Virus record (IMG/VR): IMGVR_UViG_3300046167_000110
Span: 1-57,179 of that record
DNA length: 57,179 nt
DNA from: a virus
Taxonomy: Duplodnaviria; Caudoviricetes
Strand: one strand, 5' to 3'
Below, in pieces: positions 1 to 10,563 of the stretch. The notes below the pieces were generated by a model. It had not been told where the DNA came from and did not search any database. It saw only the letters and a list, made by a program, of their open reading frames with translations. A program made the position numbers and the translations under genes. Position 1 is the first letter of the stretch, and each line of letters begins with the position of its first letter.

Positions 1-276
1 TTTGACAATACGTTTATCATTGTAGATGAAGCACAAAATATTGAAATACCAGAGATCAAAATGTTATTGACTAGGGTAGGTGAAGGTAGTACTATTGTGC
101 TTAACGGTGATATCCAACAATCAGATCTAACAAGAATGTCTGGTCTATCTAAGATTATACATCTCTCAAAGAAACATATGTTGGATGTTCCTGTAATTGA
201 GTTTGGTATTGAAGACATTGTGCGTAGTGGTATCTGTGCAGAGTGGGTTAAAGTGTTTATGAAGGAAGGCTTATGA
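1..276 (+). CDS. phoH: PhoH-like ATPase, C-terminal part (continues from 56748-57179 across the window junction)
   Basis: Frame 1 reads FDNTFIIVDEAQN...LTRVGEGSTIVLNGDIQQSDL...IVRS, the PhoH Walker B and C-terminal motifs; in frame with the window end. Confidence 0.95.
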   Translation, partial: FDNTFIIVDEAQNIEIPEIKMLLTRVGEGSTIVLNGDIQQSDLTRMSGLSKIIHLSKKHMLDVPVIEFGIEDIVRSGICAEWVKVFMKEGL

Positions 277-476
277 AGCTAGAAAAAGAAGCTAAAGATT
301 ATGTTAACTCCAAACAAGATCACTTTGAAGAGATACTACTCTACGAGATACATAAGTTAAAAGTCCACATAAGTAAAAGCCTCTGGGACAGTCCTGAGCT
401 AGTTAAAGCTAAAGATTGTCTCACAGAGGCTTCACTGTGGGCTAAGGAATGTGCTAAGAAACACGGTATTAAGTAA
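273..476 (+). CDS. Small helical protein, possible Acb2/Tad1-like hairpin (nucleotide-sponge) fold
   Basis: ATGA overlap with phoH; SPELVKAKDCLTEASLWAKE resembles the SRExxxAxxxLxEAxMW signature as I recall it. Confidence 0.45.
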   Translation: MKLEKEAKDYVNSKQDHFEEILLYEIHKLKVHISKSLWDSPELVKAKDCLTEASLWAKECAKKHGIK

Positions 477-479
477 AAC

Positions 480-3400
480 CTAATAGACTAGTTTTGCTGA
501 TTCATCATATATTTCTTTAAGATACTCTGCATATTCAATGAAGAGATCTATTTCAGCAAAGCTATAGTCTTCTATAGATCCTGTAACGCCATGCTGTTCC
601 TTCATTATCTTAGCAGCTTTTCTGCGTATCTCTTTAGTACCACCTGCCCTGTTAGCTTTAGTTGCTAAACGAAGACGCATAGTAGTTGCGCCACCATAGC
701 CTTCTTCCATCATTTCAGTAATCTCTTTCTTAGCAGTCTTCATAACTTGCTTAAGCATACGACGACGACCAGTTAAGTCTGCTGATTTGAATTGAGGACT
801 ATTTATAAGTTGCTGTGTCTTTCTCTCTAGAGCAGGGGCAAGCATACTATTCAATGCTTTATCATACGCTGGTAGTTTACTACGCTCACTAGCTTGCCAC
901 GGGAACATCTCAGACATAGAGTATGCCTTCTCTGTTGCAGTACGACCTTGCTTTACAGTAATACCAAAGATACGAGCAAAAGGATTGGCATCGTATATCT
1001 CACCTTCACGAGTAGCAACACGCAGTTCTTCTCCTGTGATACTGTCTGTCTTATCAATGAATGCCTCAAGAATATTGTCAACATACTTTGTTGCAGATTG
1101 AGTAAAGACATTTATTCCTTCTGCCTGTCGTACATCTTTAGCTGTGTCTGTACCCATAGCAAAACCAATAATCTTATTGAAAGCATCTAACGGACGTGTA
1201 AGACCAGAGACTAAGTTACCTGCTACTTTGTATCCAGCCTCTCCTGATGCACCACGTGCACCTTCATCAGAGTTAAGCATTACATCTAAAATATTGTTAA
1301 GGTCATTGCCAAACTGTACATCACGTGCAAGTTGCCCAACGCCTACTTGTGTAAGCATCTCTTGTCTTAGTTCAGCCGGTATCTCTTCACCATTACGCCA
1401 CATATTAAATATACGTCCTGACGCTAGGAACATTGAGAAAGGGAAAGTATTACGAGCATCTACAATAGTACCACCACCTACTTCAATCTCGTTGTAGGCT
1501 AAACCTTTTTTACGTCTTTCTGTATCAAAGTCAGCCGCGGCATAAATAGCTGCAGTACCTACAGTCATACGAGCAAAAGCTTCGCGTTCTGTAATGTCTG
1601 TACCTTCTTTCTTAATAGTACGCTTCATAAACTTACCGAGTTGTTCTGGTGCCGCTAATGGTGACCATTGGTATGCTGTAGCAAGAACGTTGTTAAAGAA
1701 TCTACCGAAAGGTAAAACAGTACCAATAACAGGCGTGTTAGAGAAACCTTCTACAAGCTTAGCTGTTGTTTCAAGTAACTCTCTGCCTACACCTGCTTGG
1801 TTTTTAGTGTAATCTTTAGAGAACACAGAACGTAGTGTACCGTCAAGGGCAGCACCCAGTACATCTTCATCAATGGCCAGAGAATCTGACGTTAGTGCTT
1901 CTTTAAGAGTCACACCTTTTTTAACACGTAAGTATTTATCCAACTCTGTCATAAACATCTGAGACTTAGTAAAGCTGTCTTGGATACGCACACCTGTAAT
2001 CTGATTAGCTGCGGTAGTAAGTGCTTCAATATTCTGGAACACTTTACTGTTAGGATCAATGCCATAACGTTTAGACGTACCCTCAACACCACCAGAAAGA
2101 GTTTCAAATAATATTTTCTGGATATCACTATTCTTATCCAAGAAACTCATGTATTCATCGTGTGTAGTAAACGGGTCTAATAAGTTACGAATCTTCTGCC
2201 CTTGTATAGCAGTCAATGCACGTGCTTGTCTAAATGTTTCTTCTGAAGCCTTAGGGTTATATGCCATCTGTCCTAACCCTTTAAGAGCTAGTGTAGATGA
2301 GTTAAACAAATCAGCCATAGTTTGACCTGCATAATACTGACCAAAACCTGCAATGTTCAAAGCAGTTGTAGCAGGGGATGAAACAAGTAAACGCTTCCAT
2401 ATTGACTGACCATACTTAAACTTGTCAGACTTTTTCATGGCGCGTAGTTCTTTACCTACTGCCTCATTAGCATCGATATCAGCTACAGTTTGATCAATCT
2501 TATCCTTAGATGCAACAATACCTGCATCCAAAGTTTTACGTACCTGAGACATAACGTTCAGGGTTTTACCTGCTTCGTTTATTCTCTTGGCAAGCATGTC
2601 GCCTAGTTTAATTTTAGAACCTGCTAACTCACCAAACTGAATACCTGAATACTTCAACATATTCTTATTAATCTCGTCAAGTTCTTTTTTAGGTATAAAC
2701 CTTACAACGTTTGTTATAACATCTGATATGGTTTTATTACGATCAATACTATAACCTGAATCTTTAAATACCTTAACAAGGCCACCCTTACCATCCTCAC
2801 CTAACATTATATCTTTAATGAGTTGGGCTGGCATAGCATCTGCTGAGAATGCACCCCCTCTATTTACTTTAGCATTCCAAGAAGAAACACTATCCATGAT
2901 AGCTCTAGTTGCTTTTTCTGTTTGTTCTTTATTAAGTGTAGGTGCGGCTTCTTCGATAACTGCATTAGATATTTTTTCTAAGCTAGAACGGGTATCTTCT
3001 AAGCCTGATGCACCACGGAATTTACCAAAACCTAACTGCGCTGCACCTGCAACACCACCAAGCAATGATGCAAAACCTGTTTGCATAACGCTGTAATCTG
3101 TTTGAGCACCTGCTTCAAGCATAACATTCTGTGCCATTACATCTTGTAGTACAGCAGCTGACGCATCTAAAGCTACAGTCTGTTTAAGAGCTCTTTTAGA
3201 TCCTGCTTCAAATAATTCTTTCTGTTTGTTAAGCATAGCATCTTTAGCTAAACCTACCCGACCTTCTTTAGCTACACGCTTAGCTACTTCATCGTATGCT
3301 TTATTTGCCATTCTAGCAGACATACCTTTTTCTACAGCCCTACGTGCCGCTTCTACACCAGCTTTCTCACCAGCTTTCTTAGCCGCAGCTCTACCTAAGC

Positions 3401-3956
3401 CACTCTGAGCTGCTTCCATACCAGCTTTTCTAACAGAGTCACGAACAATCTGTTTACCAGTAACGCTAAGCCCAGCCGCACCAGCACGAGCAATACCTCC
3501 TGTAGCTATACCTATATAGTTTGTAGGGTCACTTGCCGCAGCGAATATATAATCTTTTACACCATCTACGGCACCCATAAGACCATCATTAACAAATACA
3601 TTACCTAACTGGTCATACAGTTGGTATGCTTTAGATGCCTTAGCTTTACGTGTTTCATTTGCCTTACCAATAAATCGTGCTTCACCTGCAGTAGATACAG
3701 TGTTAGCATTAAAGTAACGCATATGATCTACAAAATCTTCAACTAGCGTATCACTATCAATCTCTTGATAGTCTACACCCTTACGTTCAACCATGTAATC
3801 ACGGATGGCTGTAGTGTATTCATAGTTCTTCTTAAGGTCGTCCTTTTTTAAAGTGACGCCTTTATCTAGAGAAAAGGTACTAGGTGTTTCTTCTTCCACC
3901 ATAGAAGAACTGGACTTAAAAGCATTTATTCGTGCTAAGCTATCTTCGTAACTCAT
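480..3956 (-). CDS. Large internal virion (ejection) protein
   Basis: 1158 aa, helical and Ala/Gly-rich, last gene of the late arm, the usual podovirus position. Confidence 0.7.
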   Translation of the reverse strand: MSYEDSLARINAFKSSSSMVEEETPSTFSLDKGVTLKKDDLKKNYEYTTAIRDYMVERKGVDYQEIDSDTLVEDFVDHMRYFNANTVSTAGEARFIGKANETRKAKASKAYQLYDQLGNVFVNDGLMGAVDGVKDYIFAAASDPTNYIGIATGGIARAGAAGLSVTGKQIVRDSVRKAGMEAAQSGLGRAAAKKAGEKAGVEAARRAVEKGMSARMANKAYDEVAKRVAKEGRVGLAKDAMLNKQKELFEAGSKRALKQTVALDASAAVLQDVMAQNVMLEAGAQTDYSVMQTGFASLLGGVAGAAQLGFGKFRGASGLEDTRSSLEKISNAVIEEAAPTLNKEQTEKATRAIMDSVSSWNAKVNRGGAFSADAMPAQLIKDIMLGEDGKGGLVKVFKDSGYSIDRNKTISDVITNVVRFIPKKELDEINKNMLKYSGIQFGELAGSKIKLGDMLAKRINEAGKTLNVMSQVRKTLDAGIVASKDKIDQTVADIDANEAVGKELRAMKKSDKFKYGQSIWKRLLVSSPATTALNIAGFGQYYAGQTMADLFNSSTLALKGLGQMAYNPKASEETFRQARALTAIQGQKIRNLLDPFTTHDEYMSFLDKNSDIQKILFETLSGGVEGTSKRYGIDPNSKVFQNIEALTTAANQITGVRIQDSFTKSQMFMTELDKYLRVKKGVTLKEALTSDSLAIDEDVLGAALDGTLRSVFSKDYTKNQAGVGRELLETTAKLVEGFSNTPVIGTVLPFGRFFNNVLATAYQWSPLAAPEQLGKFMKRTIKKEGTDITEREAFARMTVGTAAIYAAADFDTERRKKGLAYNEIEVGGGTIVDARNTFPFSMFLASGRIFNMWRNGEEIPAELRQEMLTQVGVGQLARDVQFGNDLNNILDVMLNSDEGARGASGEAGYKVAGNLVSGLTRPLDAFNKIIGFAMGTDTAKDVRQAEGINVFTQSATKYVDNILEAFIDKTDSITGEELRVATREGEIYDANPFARIFGITVKQGRTATEKAYSMSEMFPWQASERSKLPAYDKALNSMLAPALERKTQQLINSPQFKSADLTGRRRMLKQVMKTAKKEITEMMEEGYGGATTMRLRLATKANRAGGTKEIRRKAAKIMKEQHGVTGSIEDYSFAEIDLFIEYAEYLKEIYDESAKLVY

Positions 3957-3958
3957 GT

Positions 3959-5317
3959 TTATTCCTCTACAGGTTTAGGTGTTCCGTCTGGGTTATGAGT
4001 GTCACCATACCTTTTCATCCACTCTTTGTAAAGCTTTACTGTAACCTTACGCTTTTTTACGCCCTTATATTTATAACCTACAGCATCTTTAGCAGGACGT
4101 GGTTCTACAATAATAGGCTCCCCTGTTTCAGGATCATACTTACCTTCGTATTTAGCATCCCAATCTAACTGAGCTCTAACTTCAGTTACATCTTCCATGC
4201 CAAACCCTTTAGGTCTAGCCTCTACACTGGCTATCTCTACTGCCTCTGCTTCTAAGCTCAAATCCTCAGGCCGTGGCTCTGGTTTAATGGCTATATCATC
4301 TGTCACTTTTTCAGTATCTTTTTGTTCTACAACAGAGTCAGCGATTGAGTACTCCTCTTTGAGTTTATCAACATAACCTTCACCCATTATGGATGCAATA
4401 GTTTGTACTGCAAGTTTGTTTTCAAAGAACTTACCAGTATGATATACATCAGCATAATAGTCTATAAGAGGTTTAGTAGCAGCTATTTGTAGATCTTTAA
4501 TAGCCTGTGCTTCTGCCGCGTTTCCAGCCCTGAGCGATTCTTCATCTGTCATACCTTCTTTAAATGCACCGGTACGAGCTGCTCTGATATACTTTTCTGC
4601 TTGTTCCGTTTTAAGAGCGTCTGCAGCAACCTTAGTGATCTTCTTAGAGAAGTCAAAAGCCTTATCTGTATCAAACATATTACGCTCAGTAAACATCATA
4701 GTAGCACCAGGAATAAGAGATGTATACTCCTCCTGTTTAGCTAATCTATTAATCTCACCTACAGTAAAACCTGCACCAAAGTCTTGTTCACCAAGTTGTT
4801 CCTTAGCACGATCTCTAGCACCAAAACCAAACAACTGTCCTACAAGGCTTGTATCATCTTTAGGTGCAACATAATCCTCTCCAAGGCTGGCTCCGTAGGT
4901 TTGTTTAGCATATTCTTCTAGGCTCATATCCATGAGGCTTTTATCAACAGGTGGTATACTAGGCATATTCACAATCGCTTCAATGTCGTCCTGACCTAAC
5001 TTACCATTCTGTCCTGGTGCGTTAGCCGCCTCTTGTAGCTTTTCGTATAGCTCTTTAATAGTACCCATACCAGACGCCATAGCTTGACGCACCATCGCTT
5101 TACTATTAGGCATGTTTGCTAATAGGGCTTCAGCTTGACTGCCATACTGTGCCGCCTGTCTCGCTCTAGCATTACGTTCACGAATAACAGATTGGTTGCG
5201 CTCAGCTGCTTCTTCCTGTCTTAGTTTATATTTCTGGGCGTCTTCGCCTCGTTCTTCAATACCTTCTGTAACTTGATTTAAGAAACTTCCAGCGAACAAC
5301 TTCCAATCAAATGCCAT
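3959..5317 (-). CDS. Internal virion protein
   Basis: 452 aa helical ORF in the internal-protein cluster. Confidence 0.6.
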   Translation of the reverse strand: MAFDWKLFAGSFLNQVTEGIEERGEDAQKYKLRQEEAAERNQSVIRERNARARQAAQYGSQAEALLANMPNSKAMVRQAMASGMGTIKELYEKLQEAANAPGQNGKLGQDDIEAIVNMPSIPPVDKSLMDMSLEEYAKQTYGASLGEDYVAPKDDTSLVGQLFGFGARDRAKEQLGEQDFGAGFTVGEINRLAKQEEYTSLIPGATMMFTERNMFDTDKAFDFSKKITKVAADALKTEQAEKYIRAARTGAFKEGMTDEESLRAGNAAEAQAIKDLQIAATKPLIDYYADVYHTGKFFENKLAVQTIASIMGEGYVDKLKEEYSIADSVVEQKDTEKVTDDIAIKPEPRPEDLSLEAEAVEIASVEARPKGFGMEDVTEVRAQLDWDAKYEGKYDPETGEPIIVEPRPAKDAVGYKYKGVKKRKVTVKLYKEWMKRYGDTHNPDGTPKPVEE

Positions 5318-5320
5318 ATC

Positions 5321-5848
5321 TTAACCCTTTGCCATCAAACCCGTAGGTTTTTCTTCTGCCATATCTTCCATAGGCTCTTCTTCTTCTATGATCTCACTAA
5401 TCATTTGCTGACCTGGATCAGACATATCGTTACCTGCTTCATTTAGATACTTCATAGCAAGTAAACGGAATCGTTCCATCTCTTTATCTTCTGCACGTTT
5501 GGTTGGATCTCCGCCCTCATCTTTAACTGTGATCCCCATAGATCCTAAAGCCTGTTTAAGGAACGTGTGCATAATAGGTGCAACAAGTAATCCTGTATCA
5601 ACCGTATGTAACCCTCTTGCAACACCTTGCATATAAGTGCTTTCTACAAGAGGTGCTAGTGGTACACCTGCGTCACACAAAGCACCTAAGTCATCAAGTA
5701 CTTCTTGATTAGCTAGACGCTCTATATAATATACAGTAGCCTCTTCTACGGTAGACATTTTTGCGGGTTGCTCCCACGGGTTGTTACGGGGCTCAGTCGT
5801 CAAGGACTGTCCTGGGATGGGGCCATCAAATGCTGTAGCTATTGCCAT
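5321..5848 (-). CDS. Hypothetical virion-associated protein
   Basis: 175 aa ORF with RBS AAGGT; PIPGQSLT..P...PWEQP N-terminus. Confidence 0.6.
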   Translation of the reverse strand: MAIATAFDGPIPGQSLTTEPRNNPWEQPAKMSTVEEATVYYIERLANQEVLDDLGALCDAGVPLAPLVESTYMQGVARGLHTVDTGLLVAPIMHTFLKQALGSMGITVKDEGGDPTKRAEDKEMERFRLLAMKYLNEAGNDMSDPGQQMISEIIEEEEPMEDMAEEKPTGLMAKG

Positions 5849-5857
5849 AATATTACC

Positions 5858-6280
5858 TTACTTAGTGAAACCTGCGCCAAAGTAGAGACCTACGATAGCA
5901 GAAACGATGTGTGTGTCTAGGGGTGTGATAACGAAGCCACGAGCAGCTTGCCATTGTACTGTACCGTCACCTCCGAATAGCCAGTTAAATAAACCGCCAT
6001 GTACTTCTGTGTAACCTACGATAACGCTTACGTCAGGATACCATACAGCTACCATCTTTGGCAAGACAATAATAGCAAAGACTGCAGATAAAGCTATAAT
6101 CCTACGTGTCCATGCAAAGTGTATATCTGTCTTACCATGCTCTCTGGCTTGGTTGACTGCACCTATTAATGCTTTTTGTTGATCAGCTTTGTTCTTAGCG
6201 TTCTGTCCTATTAAAGACATTACTCCACCTAGTACGGTAGAGAAAAGCATTGTAATTAATTCTAATGGAAGTCCAAACAT
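5858..6280 (-). CDS. Membrane protein, holin candidate
   Basis: Three hydrophobic segments; directly downstream of the muramidase gene. Confidence 0.5.
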   Translation of the reverse strand: MFGLPLELITMLFSTVLGGVMSLIGQNAKNKADQQKALIGAVNQAREHGKTDIHFAWTRRIIALSAVFAIIVLPKMVAVWYPDVSVIVGYTEVHGGLFNWLFGGDGTVQWQAARGFVITPLDTHIVSAIVGLYFGAGFTK

Positions 6281-7320
6281 TATTTACCTACCAAATAGTT
6301 TGCTTCGGCAGTCCTACGTGTTTTGTACTTATCACCGAAAGCCCTAAGTTCTTGTTCTGCTTTAGTCCAATCACCTGTAGTTACGTACTTCCAAAACTTA
6401 GGAGTTCTTTTAGGTAAGTCACCATATTGAAATGCCACGGATGCAACAACTGTTGCTTGTTCTTTGGTTAGATCATCAAAATCAATAGAGCTTACACTGT
6501 TTTGCCAATCCTTTTTAAGTCTTCCTATTTCTTGCTCTTTAGCAAACGTATTTATTATATTGGCTTCATTCTTGCTTATCTTTAATTTATTATTTTTTAC
6601 ATACGTGTCTGCTGCAGAACCTTTTATACCTAAATAAGGTTTTAATTTATCTATTATATAGGTAGGTAATCCTTTTAAGTCTGCTTCATTTTTCTGCCCT
6701 AAATCAAACCCTGAAGCAATAGTAGCACCTGACTTACCTAAGACTACACCATTCTTATCCTTAGGTACGTACATATTTGTTTTAAAACCTTCTCGACCTT
6801 TAATAAAATCAAAGTCTACATTGTTAGCAATACTAGCTACAACATTCGTTTCTTCTTTTATTTCAGCTTGTTTATCTCTTGCCGCTTCAGCAAACGCCAT
6901 TGGTCTTCCTTTAGGTTTACTCATTAACCCTTTAGGTTCTTCTTCTGGTAGTTCTTCTACAACATTCATGTCTTCTTCAGGTTCAGCTTCATAAGCCTTC
7001 TCAGGTGTATAAGCCAAGCTAGTAGACATATTTAAAACTTCTCGTAATGCATCCTCTTCTGATACAGGCGTAGATTGTTCTACAGCTTCATTAAACGCTG
7101 GGCCATCATATACTGAGATACCAGACTCAGAATCGTTAGAATCATCGTTAGGTAGGTCTGCTCCAGAGTCAGAGAACCAACTAGCTACTCTGTCAAAGAA
7201 ACTACTATCTAACTCTTCAGTAACAGGTGTTGACTTAGGTTTAGACCCCAGACCAAAACTACCTCCTGTAGGTCTTAGCTTCGGGCGTATTGTAATACCC
7301 TTTGTGTTGTAATCAGCCAT
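6280..7320 (-). CDS. Pesticin/T4-lysozyme-like muramidase with a long acidic N-terminal region (probably virion-associated)
   Basis: REG...SGATIASGFDLGQ, QATVVASVAFQYG and RRTAEANYL motifs; start placed at the ATG at 7320 (RBS AAAGGT) rather than 7521. Confidence 0.75.
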   Translation of the reverse strand: MADYNTKGITIRPKLRPTGGSFGLGSKPKSTPVTEELDSSFFDRVASWFSDSGADLPNDDSNDSESGISVYDGPAFNEAVEQSTPVSEEDALREVLNMSTSLAYTPEKAYEAEPEEDMNVVEELPEEEPKGLMSKPKGRPMAFAEAARDKQAEIKEETNVVASIANNVDFDFIKGREGFKTNMYVPKDKNGVVLGKSGATIASGFDLGQKNEADLKGLPTYIIDKLKPYLGIKGSAADTYVKNNKLKISKNEANIINTFAKEQEIGRLKKDWQNSVSSIDFDDLTKEQATVVASVAFQYGDLPKRTPKFWKYVTTGDWTKAEQELRAFGDKYKTRRTAEANYLVGK

Positions 7321-7333
7321 GTTTATACCTTTA

Positions 7334-9388
7334 TCACTTATTAAATATAGCGTTTGCAGCGTTAGTAGCAATAGCACCAAGGAACTTGCCAGCAGCAGAA
7401 CTAAGGAAACTACTACTACTATCTTCTGGCGTAGCTTTAATCTTAGCGATTGCAATATTACCATCAATCTCTTTAGCATTCTCTGCGGATTGCCATGCCC
7501 ATGCAAGAAGATCCCTTTCACGCTGAACTATGTTGTTATATGCTGTCATAGTTAAGTTGTTACCTGCTAGTACCGCATCACGGTTAGCTTGGTTCTGTGC
7601 AGCATTTTCTGCTGTAGTAATGTTCTGGAACCATTGTGCGTTAGCTTGTGCAACTACAAGATGGTTCTGTGCATTGAATTGATCACGAGCATTCTGTTGT
7701 ACTGCATTAAACTGTGCTAGTGCGTTAGCTTCACCTGCATTGAAACGTTCCATACCATTAGCTTGATCTACATTAAACTGTGCAATCTGCGAAGAAAGAG
7801 AAGCAAAGAACTGATTAGTTTGGTTTTCAGATGTAGCGTTAAACTGTGACGCGGCGTTCACAGCGGCTTGATCACTAAGCATAGCGTTTACAGCTTGTTG
7901 TGTTTTGAACACAGAGGTTTGCTGTTCGTTCTCTAGATTCTGCATATCCATGTTAAGGAATGCATTAGCTACTTGTACTGCAGATTGTTGACGGTTACTA
8001 AGATTAGCCATGTCAAGCTGGGACATAGAAGCGGCATCAGCCATAACCTTGGCATTTACTGCACTGAGGTTAGCTAAATCTACAGTCTGTGCCATACGAG
8101 CATTCTCAAGAGCTATCTGTTGCTCCGAAGTAAAGTTCATATTAGCAATGTCAGATATCTTAGATGCGTTAGCTACACGGGATTGAAACTCTTGTGTAAA
8201 CTCTAGGTTAAGAAACTCAGCACGTTTCTCTGCGGCAAACATAGCAGACTGTTGCCTATTGCTTAAGTTCTGCATCTCAAATGTAGCAGATGTTTGTGCA
8301 TCTTGTACTGCTATAGGAAGTGCTGATTCCATTGCCGCTTGAATTGCTGCTTGACCTGCCATAGAAGAGGCGGACAAACCACGTGCCGCCATCTGTGAGG
8401 CTGCAGCTCTCATAGCACCAGCCGCCCATGCAGGAGGTTCGCTACCTTCAAACTGTTCCATCAAACCAGACAGTTGACCTTGTACTGTAGCATCTGTAGA
8501 GGGTGCACCTGTAGCCGCTTCAAAGTTAGTTTCTGTTCTGACACGTTCCATGTCCACAGCAGTACCTTCAATCAGCTCACCTTCTTCTACCTTACGTGGA
8601 GCAGGAGCTACAACTTTCTGTGCTTCAGTAATTTGTTCTACTGTAAGTCCTAGAGAAGCAAGCTCACCAGGTTTCATAGTAGCCGCTTCTGCTAAGGCTT
8701 CTGCGCTGGGCTTACCTGTAGATGCTGTAAGTTTACTAATAGTGTCTTCTACAGCCGGTGTAACTGTTTCTGCATCCATAGTGGCAGCAGGTGTGATAGT
8801 AGGTGTTGTTACGGGTGTAGCTGTTTCAGCAGTAGTAGCTGTAGCCTCTGTTATATCGCCAACTTGACCTGTACCTTCAGCGATAGTACCTTCTGCCTTA
8901 GCTTCATCTGTAGGAGTAGCAACTTCCGCAGTCTCAACCATAGACATAGGATCTGCCATTGCTGAAGCAGTCATTTCTGTAGGAGTAGTATCTGATTGTA
9001 AGTTCTGCATAGCAGTAGCTAAAGAAGCCTCTGCATTTGTTAAAGCAACCTGTGCTGCATCTACAGAAGCTTTGGCTCCTGCATCATCAGGAGATGCCGC
9101 TAATGCTTGTTGTGCCGTAAGTAAGGCATTACGTTTTTCTGCTACAGTAGCTTGAGCACTGTCTACTTTAGAGGCTAAACCCCCTTCAGCAAAACCCTGC
9201 TTAGTAACCATACCACCGTATGCCATACCAATTCGTTTCTGTGCCACCTCTGCCATTTTACCGACACGTGCCGCAGCACCCGGTTGGGACGCCAAATAAC
9301 GAGACTGTTCGTCAGATTGCATACCTTGCATCTCAGGTATAATTTTACCTAGTTGTTCAGGTGTAAATCCTGCAAAACGTTTAGCCAT
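7334..9388 (-). CDS. Internal virion / DNA-injection protein, Ala/Gln/Asn-rich coiled coil
   Basis: 684 aa with QFNA-type 11-residue periodicity typical of pilot/ejection proteins. Confidence 0.65.
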   Translation of the reverse strand: MAKRFAGFTPEQLGKIIPEMQGMQSDEQSRYLASQPGAAARVGKMAEVAQKRIGMAYGGMVTKQGFAEGGLASKVDSAQATVAEKRNALLTAQQALAASPDDAGAKASVDAAQVALTNAEASLATAMQNLQSDTTPTEMTASAMADPMSMVETAEVATPTDEAKAEGTIAEGTGQVGDITEATATTAETATPVTTPTITPAATMDAETVTPAVEDTISKLTASTGKPSAEALAEAATMKPGELASLGLTVEQITEAQKVVAPAPRKVEEGELIEGTAVDMERVRTETNFEAATGAPSTDATVQGQLSGLMEQFEGSEPPAWAAGAMRAAASQMAARGLSASSMAGQAAIQAAMESALPIAVQDAQTSATFEMQNLSNRQQSAMFAAEKRAEFLNLEFTQEFQSRVANASKISDIANMNFTSEQQIALENARMAQTVDLANLSAVNAKVMADAASMSQLDMANLSNRQQSAVQVANAFLNMDMQNLENEQQTSVFKTQQAVNAMLSDQAAVNAASQFNATSENQTNQFFASLSSQIAQFNVDQANGMERFNAGEANALAQFNAVQQNARDQFNAQNHLVVAQANAQWFQNITTAENAAQNQANRDAVLAGNNLTMTAYNNIVQRERDLLAWAWQSAENAKEIDGNIAIAKIKATPEDSSSSFLSSAAGKFLGAIATNAANAIFNK

Positions 9389-9403
9389 GAAAGTAAGTCC
9401 TTA

Positions 9404-9658
9404 TTAATTACCTAGCTTCATCCATATCGCCCCAGCGATAAAGGTGAAGACAGCAATGGTTGTTATCTTAATGAATGTATTCCAGATGCTTTGACGTGTT
9501 TGACGCCATGTATCAAGTAAGCTACGTATCTCACGCATATCAATAGCAGCAGACTCATCACTCAAGCCAAGCTCCAGTAATACCTTTTGAGCACCACGCT
9601 TAGCCGCTCGGTCTAACATAGCTTCTAATTCTTCTAATGTCAAGGTAGTGTTACTCAT
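9404..9658 (-). CDS. Small protein with C-terminal TM helix (DUF6127-like)
   Basis: AAKRGA..VL.ELGL.D...D.REIRSLLD.WR pattern followed by a TM segment. Confidence 0.55.
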   Translation of the reverse strand: MSNTTLTLEELEAMLDRAAKRGAQKVLLELGLSDESAAIDMREIRSLLDTWRQTRQSIWNTFIKITTIAVFTFIAGAIWMKLGN

Positions 9659-9667
9659 TATAGTAGC

Positions 9668-10024
9668 CTATTGTAAATCTTTTATAAACTTAAAGCAGTC
9701 TGTTTGTTTTAATATGTAAGTCTTTATATAACACTCTTGATTGTTTATGCTTTTTAGAAGGCGGTGTCTTCCATCTAATAGCCTATACCTCTTGTTAAGA
9801 GGGTTACTCATACCCTCACACACTATAGCAGGTAAAGATATATTTGCGTATATATAACGAGGGCTGTCTAAGTTTATTCCATCTAAAGGTTTATACGCGA
9901 TATGTTCTATAGAAACATTATGTATTTTGTATTTCTTTGCCTTAGCGTAGTTGTAAAGGTTTTGACAATCTATGTAAGTGTTTACGTCTAGGACGGACCA
10001 GTCCCCGTCCATGATGTGTATCAC
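9668..10024 (-). CDS. ParB/sulfiredoxin N-terminal-like domain protein
   Basis: YRLLDGRHRL motif preceded by PAIV. Confidence 0.6.
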   Translation of the reverse strand: MIHIMDGDWSVLDVNTYIDCQNLYNYAKAKKYKIHNVSIEHIAYKPLDGINLDSPRYIYANISLPAIVCEGMSNPLNKRYRLLDGRHRLLKSINNQECYIKTYILKQTDCFKFIKDLQ

Positions 10025-10563
10025 CCTATTTGGTACCCTATGCTTATTCTATCTGTATTACTTCCTACGCAGTGCCATAAGTAAGGTGGTTTGTCTGTAA
10101 TGTCAAATAGTCTGAAAGTAAAACCAGCGCTATCGTAATCTGTAATAACAACATCATTTTGTAAGTACCTAAAGAAAGATTTGTTTGCTTCTTTTGCCCA
10201 AGTAATGTATAGTCGTTTACAAGGTACATCGCTGTTAGTATGCCAACCCATGTATCCTGTAGGTGGGTAGTGAAAGAAGCCACTAGGTTTAACAGAACAA
10301 CCAGGAAAAGCTTCTTGTATTATATGATTCAGTTTAGGAGCTATACGAAGGCTTTCAAAGCTTACAAGATTGCCTTGTGTTGATATAGGTGTATTACTAC
10401 TCTTATATGCTTCTAAAGCTTCTTCCGTAAGATGTTTTTCCCAATCTGTCTCGGTGTAAGCGCCTATCCTATTCGTATTACCTAAGATCTGTGTAAGGTA
10501 ACGCATTACTACGTCTTGTATAGCATCTGTGTGCGCTGGGCTTAACTCTATTCTAAGGCTCAT
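10021..10563 (-). CDS. 2OG-Fe(II) oxygenase / cupin-fold protein
   Basis: FFHYPPTGYMGWHTN...LWHCV...RISIG; metal triad HxN..H and distal R. Confidence 0.65.
   Translation of the reverse strand: MSLRIELSPAHTDAIQDVVMRYLTQILGNTNRIGAYTETDWEKHLTEEALEAYKSSNTPISTQGNLVSFESLRIAPKLNHIIQEAFPGCSVKPSGFFHYPPTGYMGWHTNSDVPCKRLYITWAKEANKSFFRYLQNDVVITDYDSAGFTFRLFDITDKPPYLWHCVGSNTDRISIGYQIG

Noticed and set aside
470-485. Bidirectional terminator at the convergence of the two arms
   Set aside because: Stop codons are 3 nt apart and no hairpin is evident
7321-7521. N-terminal extension of the muramidase ORF
   Set aside because: Overlaps the upstream gene out of frame; the ATG at 7320 has a good RBS
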